DNA of 64,000 nucleotides from Albugo candida (Eukaryota): NCBI GenBank assembly GCA_040437565.1, contig JBDOQK010000007.1, positions 372,001 to 436,000 of the forward strand, read 5' to 3'. Shown piece by piece: positions 56,868 to 64,000 of this stretch (position 1 is its first letter; each line of letters starts with the position of its first letter). The notes under the pieces were generated by a model. It saw only the letters and a program-made list of their open reading frames with translations, ran no database searches and was not told where the DNA came from. The position numbers and the translations under genes were made by a program.

Positions 56868-59800
56868 ATGGTTACGAAGTCGCGCGTGAAAAGTAAACAC
56901 GAACTCGTGGAGACGACAACCACCATCACAAAAAAGACTATCATAACTAGAACACCGCACACAAGCACTGTGTCTTCCGCAAAAGGTGCAAGTGATCAAA
57001 GTGCCAACTTAAACAAAGGAGATGATTCCGGTATGATAACATCAATCACAAAATATGTGATCCTTGCGATGATATGCTTATTATCCTTTTCAATTCGTCT
57101 CTTCGCTGTCGTCCGATACGAATCCGTAAGTACTCCATAGACACCCTCCTACATTTCTCCTCATCATGACAATCATTCTTAGGTCATCCATGAGTTCGAT
57201 CCGTACTTTAACTTCCGTACCACAAAGTACCTTGCCTCTGAAGGATTCCTCGAGTTTCTCAATTGGTTTGATGATCGCGCGTGGTACCCTTTGGGTCGGA
57301 TTATTGGTGGTACTATCTACCCCGGATTGATGTTCACTGCTGCCTGCATTTACTGGCTCTTGAATCTGTTCAATCTGTCCATAAATGTGCGCAACACATG
57401 CGTGTTTCTGGCGCCATTATTTGCTGCGATTACGGCGATTGCGACTTACCTGTTGACAAAAGAGGTAACAAAACGATCGAGCGCCGGACTGATTGCCGCC
57501 GCTTTCATTGGCATCGTACCATCTTATATTTCTCGCTCGGTTGGTGGATCTTACGATAACGAAGGTGTGGCAATATTTGCATTGATTTTTGTATTTTACT
57601 TGTGGATCAAAGCTGTACATACTGGATCGATGTTATGGTCGGCGACCTGTGCGTTGTTTTACTTTTACATGGTTGCTGCTTGGGGCGGTTATGTCTTCAT
57701 CATCAATATGATTCCCATTTACGTGCTGGTTGTGATGGTTGCAGGGCGATACTCGCCGAGGCTGTACATAGCGTACTCAACGTTTTATGCTTTGGGAAGT
57801 ATCTTGGCAATGCAAGTACCGTTCGTTGGGTTCAACGTCGTGAAACAAGCTGAATGTGCTGGATCACATGGAGTATTTATTCTCCTTCAAGTGTACTGCT
57901 TTGTGAATTGGATCAGGTCCTTCATTTCGGCGGATTCGTTCCGACGATTGATTGTGACTGGTGCTACTGGTATCGTTGGGCTTGTTGCGACGTCTTTGAT
58001 AGTTCTTCAACTTTTGGGAAAAGTTCAATGGACTGGGCGTAGTTTGACATTATTGGATCCAACGTACGCTTCCAAGTACATACCGATTATCGCTTCAGTA
58101 AGCGAGCATCAGCCAACGGCCTGGACGTCTTATTTCTTTGATCTTCATTTGCTGGTTCCTTCGGCTCCCGTCGGGTTGTATTACTTGTTCCAGAACTTGA
58201 CGGATGGTGGTATTTTTGTCATTCTTTACGGCACTGTGGCGTGGTATTTTGCCGGTGTAATGGTTCGACTTATGCTTACTCTGGCACCAATTGCATGTAT
58301 CCTCGGTGCTATTGGAATCTCCTCAACTCTTCAAAAATTCACTGCCATCTTTTTTCGTGGTCTAAAGTTCAGGAAACCCGACAGTTCCGCACAAGAGTTA
58401 CCTGCCACATTTGCACTCGTCATTGTTGGTGGAATTCTCGTTATGCTGCTGTCGTATACGTATCACGCAACCTTTGTGGCTTCTTTTGCATACTCATCAC
58501 CGTCAATTGTCATTGAAGCTGGTACGACTCAATCTGGCCAGCGAGTGATATTAGACGATTTCCGTGAAGCTTATTTCTGGCTTCGTCAGAATACCGATGC
58601 CAATGCAAAAATCATGTCGTGGTGGGATTACGGCTATCAGATGTCGGCAATGGCCAATCGTACTGTTCTTGTGGACAACAATACATGGAATAACACTCAC
58701 ATTGCAACGGTATGTCACTTGATCTAAAGCTCTCATGCGCTAATTGTTTTTTAGGTTGGACGTGCGTTGGCTTCCACCGAAGAAGATGCTTATCCGATTC
58801 TGAAAAGTCTGGACGTCGATTATGTGCTGGTCGTCTTCGGAGGTATGACGGGATACAGCTCCGATGATGTCAACAAATTCCTATGGCCTGTCCGAATTGG
58901 CTCTGGTGTCTTTGGGAGCGATATGCCTGCGGAACGCGATTTTTACTCGGTCTCGGGCAATTACGACATTGGTCCCGGTGGATCCAAAGTGTTGCACAGT
59001 AGTCTCCTGTACAAGTTGTGCTACTTTGATTTTGACAAGGTCATGACAAAACATCAGCAACCACCTGGCTTCGATTTAGCTCGAAACACTGAAGTTGGTG
59101 TCAGGAACATCCGACTGAATTATCTGGACGAAGCATTCACTTCAGAACATTGGATCGTGCGCATCTTCAAAGTGAAAAAAGAGCCAAATGTCGAGTCAAA
59201 AAGTTCATCAAGCAAAGCTCGTAGGACGGAGCAAACCTCTGACGCTCCTGAAGATCAAGTGACATTTTTGGGCTGTGTCACCGGAGAAGATCACTTTAGC
59301 GCCGATCGCGTGTATGCGGGTAGCTCCACTGGTGCGAATTTCCGGCTGGCACTATCCCATGCGCGAAGCAAAAATGCACGATATTTTGCTGTTGCTCGAG
59401 TTGGAGCTGACGGGCATGCATTTGCATTTTCGGATCTCAACATTCGCAGTAAAAAAGATTTTGACGGGAATGATGCTGGCTGTGCGCGCGCTTGCATGGA
59501 CGCTCAAGATCGCGTATGTGGTTGTGCGGATGGAGGATGTGATGATGCGAATATCGAGCGTGGTCAAGGCCAAGAGCNNNNNNNNNNNNNNNNNNNNNNN
59601 NNNNNNNNNNNNNNNNNNNNNNNNNNNNNNNNNNNNNNNNNNNNNNNNNNNNNNNNNNNNNNNNNNNNNNNNNNNNNCATGCATTTGCATTTTCGGATCT
59701 CAACATTCGCAGTAAAAAAGATTTTGACGGGAATGATGCTGGCTGTGCGCGCGCTTGCATGGACGCTCAAGATCGCGTATGTGGTTGTGCGGATGGAGGA

Positions 59801-59881
59801 TGTGATGATGCGAATATCGAGCGTGGTCAAGGCCAAGAGCACAAACGTCGATGGGCTGTGTATGCTCGTGAAGTGCAGTAG
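56868..59881 (+). CDS. STT3: Oligosaccharyltransferase catalytic subunit STT3 with a C-terminal Cys-rich extension; introns 57126-57182, 58710-58754
   Basis: [73 protein letters not shown]. The apparent frameshift at 59578-59840 is the gap duplication. Confidence 0.97.
59415..59840. other. 100-N gap (59578-59677) with a 163-bp duplicated flank, inside STT3
   Basis: 59415-59577 is identical to 59678-59840. Confidence 0.9.
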
Positions 59882-60007
59882 GGCGTCTGCGATGTTGTGG
59901 CAAACAACTTTGAATTTTGGAATAAAAAGTGAAATGCTCTCTTTTGTTCACCTCTTTTCTCACTGACAGAATTCGCACGCACGAAAACGCGTACTGTTCG
60001 AGTCCTT

Positions 60008-61026
<1,019 letters not shown>

Positions 61027-61148
61027 TTTGGCCGACTATCTTTTCCTTCGGATTTCACCCTTGCGTTCAAAGGATCCCAATCTTACGTGGTCACACTGTA
61101 TAGAGGACATACATCATTGGTGGAATAATAGCCTATCAAACAAACCTC

Positions 61149-63882
61149 ATGCATCATGAGCTCTTCCTCGCGTTATTTGGTCATGTCGGCGATTTAATCG
61201 ATGTCAGAGACGATGGGTATTATATCCGTCCCGAAGTATCCATTCTTTCAGATGCACAAAAGGTTCAGGTGAATCAGTTACTGAATCTTGGATTCAACTA
61301 CACAATTCTGCAGGAATTCGTTCGTATCGCACAAACAACGACCTCCTACGCGAGTGTCTACGTCACTGGACTGAGTCACGGTATCGAGCATTATCTCGAG
61401 AAATACGGCCACACAGTCGTGCAATTGGAAGAGAGCATTTTATCGAGCAGAGTTTTGACTCCGATACCTCAATTGATGTACGAGCTACAAGACTTTATTG
61501 AGATATTTCCAGAGCTGCGTAAATTAGTTGAGAGGATCCATCCTTCCGCTTGCAAACTCGCCAACAAAAAACGTGAAGATAACGATCCTGTCATACATCA
61601 AAAAACGATCACAGGCCCTTCGTTGTTGGAATTGCTGTACGCGTTGAGCGTGACTGGATATCCCCGGGTTCGAGAATGCATCCATTATCTGCACCAGTGC
61701 TGTCATCGGTATACACGAAATAGCTTGTACTTTTGCTTGAGCTGATGGATCTGTACGACAGGATTCTGTACAAACAAATGATTTCATGGATGCTGTATGG
61801 AACCTTATTGGATCCTTATCAAGAGTTCTTTGTGAAAATTGCGTCAAAGCACCAAAAGCTCAAAAGTGGTGAGTCGGATACAATGACATTCACTCTGGAT
61901 TTGAATGCGATTCCAGGCTCTTACATGCCGGTTTCGATCGCTGAAAGTATCTATTTCATCGGCAAATCGATGCAAATTCTTATGGCAAATGGCAAGCAAA
62001 ATCGAGGTTTTTGCGAGGTTATTGAGCAGGAAAGCCACGAAATTGTGAATGTGATAAATGAATTGGCTCGAGAGGATACATTCGATATATTGCAAGTAGA
62101 GCACGCGATCGAGAGTATCCGCGCGCGAGTTGCGAAACATCTGTATCAGAACGTTGTCGTGCATGCGGAATTCATTCAATGTTTCGATGCAATAAAGCAG
62201 TTCTTCCTTTTGTCGCGTGGAGAATTGTATCAGACGTTTATCGAAGAAAGCTTCTCCATCATGCAGACAAAGCCCTCAGTGAAGTTACAAGAAACTCTCA
62301 AACACAACATTTGGAAGCAGACACTTCAAGATTTACAGCTTGATCGAGACGATTTTGCGGCGAGCATTCATTTGCGTGTGAGTCCGTGGCGATCTGCTTA
62401 TCTGATTCTGACTTTGTGAATGTGTAGCTCCCTCTTCAAACGTTTTTCTTTCGACGATTTCATGTGCTGGATGGGCTTCAAATACATAATATTTCCAATG
62501 AGAAGACCGGTAAATGGTTGGAAGCCAGGCAGCAGGAAGCTTTAGGACGCATTTTCGGCCTCGTATGGTGGAAGTCGGAGCAATACGAACGGTATCCTTT
62601 CTCGACCAAAATTGAAATTCAAGTACCTTCGTCCAGTGAACTCGATGATATCACTCCGTGGTCATCCAAACTTTTGATTCTGCTTCAAAGTACTCCATCC
62701 TTCGACGCAACAATCTTCAGCAATGAAGGTGGACTAGTATTCGAGAAAGAGTCAACTACCCGCTGTCTTGGAATCGAACTCGATCTTCGAAGGCCTGATC
62801 GATGTGCGAGTGTTTTGGTCGTTCAAAGCTCCTTCCATTCCTACACCAAAAAAACGAGCAATTCAAGTCAATTTTCGCACTGGGAAAGGATGGAACAATG
62901 CTGCACCGATCGTAGTGTTCATGTTGCGATGCATATGGTTTCCGAAAAGTGTCCTATTGCAACCATAGAACTCCAATATTCTCGCATCCAACTCGCAAAT
63001 GCTTCCAATAAAAATCAAATGTCATACAAAAAGGGAATTTCCATCCAAGTCAATGAGATTCCTGTCTTGGAAAGTCTCGTGGATGTAGAAGAAATACTCG
63101 ATCTGCGTCCATCAAACGATAAGTACTGGCTCGGTCTTGGTCTCGGACCTCGTCTTCGTGTGGCTGCATGGAGCTGTGAAAAGTATTCGATAAAAGCATT
63201 CAGAGAATCCAACCAAATTCTGACGAAAAATCAGACTCTTCCTCCACGGGAATTATGGAATCATTTGTGTTTGCATCCTCATATTCCATGGCCATTGCCG
63301 CTTTTGATCACCAAAGACGATCTCCAGCTATACAACAATTTGTTTCAGTTTTGCTTTCGACTCAAACGGATTGGGTACGCGCTCGAGCACACGTGGAAAA
63401 TCGATTCGTTGCGGCGTTATTCCAAACAAAAATCACTGCTTGCAATTTCAGCTTTGCGTAATCGAATGTCGTACGTCATTCAAAATATTCAGATCTACTT
63501 CCAAGTTCTGGTCATTGAAGCGAATTTTCATAAATGCCGGGAAGAGATGCAAATGTCGGATAATTTCGATCAAGTGAAAAGACTCCACGAATGCTTTCTG
63601 GCGGCGCTGATCAAGCAATGCTACATTTACTCGAGGACCATCATGACGGCTCTGGATGATATCATACAGTGCTGCTGGCACTTTGTCGACTTGATTTTAG
63701 CATGCGATCAAGCTTCATTGGATAGCGCTGAGGAACGTTATAAATTTCGATCGCTGGAAACGGAATTTGTGCAACGGCTCGATTTTTTCTGTGGGGTTTT
63801 GCAGCATTCTGGGCAAGCTCGAGATCTATCGTTCCTCCTTGAATACAACGAGTTCTTCATTCGACCTCAAGAGCGCCATTAG
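61149..63882 (+). CDS. TUBGCP4: Gamma-tubulin complex component 4 with a large internal insertion; introns 61709-61761, 62378-62427
   Basis: MHHELFLALFG (GCP4-type start), ILYKQMISWMLYG.LLDPYQEFF, AESIYFIGK, KQFFLLSRGELYQTFI, W..L.L...IPWPL.LL...YNNLFQF...LKR, YFQVLVIE, FD.V..LH..FL (GRIP1/GRIP2). Confidence 0.9.
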
Positions 63883-64000
63883 AGCTGCAGCGGGACATTG
63901 TGGGAACTCTCCGGATGATATGGAACGAAGGCTCATTTTCGAAACTGAAATTTATTTAAGCATCATTCAATCAATTTGGCGGAAAATTGGACGACTATGA

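Noticed and set aside
8060-59840. Apparent tandem duplications and internal protein repeats (myotubularin, VPS18, TAF4-like, STT3, and at 8.1 kb and 25.1 kb)
   Set aside because: Each is an exact copy flanking a gap of exactly 100 N, the signature of unmerged overlapping contig ends. They are not LTRs, CRISPR arrays or true duplications.
39220-59840. Apparent frameshifts suggesting TAF4-like and STT3 pseudogenes
   Set aside because: Gap plus duplicate lengths (379 and 263 nt) are not multiples of three; collapsing them restores intact frames.

Overview
Compact eukaryotic genomic DNA, not bacterial. Genes are dense, introns are short (~45-90 nt, mostly GT-AG, two apparently GC-AG), and there are eight 100-N scaffold gaps, six flanked by exact duplications that look like assembly overlap artefacts. 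Gene content and architecture suggest a flagellated oomycete with a small genome, possibly Albugo-like (inference only). Recognisable genes are CFAP65, tRNA-Glu(TTC), a GH32 invertase, an inositol 5-phosphatase with a C2 domain, kinesin-14, RPS6, a FYVE-like myotubularin, VPS18, a probable TAF4, NDUFB3, a PH-CAMK-EF-hand kinase, NTE/PNPLA6, a C2-DENN-WD40 protein, MinC, STT3, PSMA7 and GCP4. Most notable: (1) an intron-containing, apparently mitochondrion-targeted homologue of the bacterial division inhibitor MinC; (2) a degenerate L-type lectin-like domain inserted in GCP4; (3) STT3 with a C-terminal WSC-like domain; (4) a TAF4-like protein combining RST, TAZ zinc-finger and histone-fold domains; (5) a VPS18 RING that has lost one zinc site. 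All calls are from manual motif reading; no searches were run.
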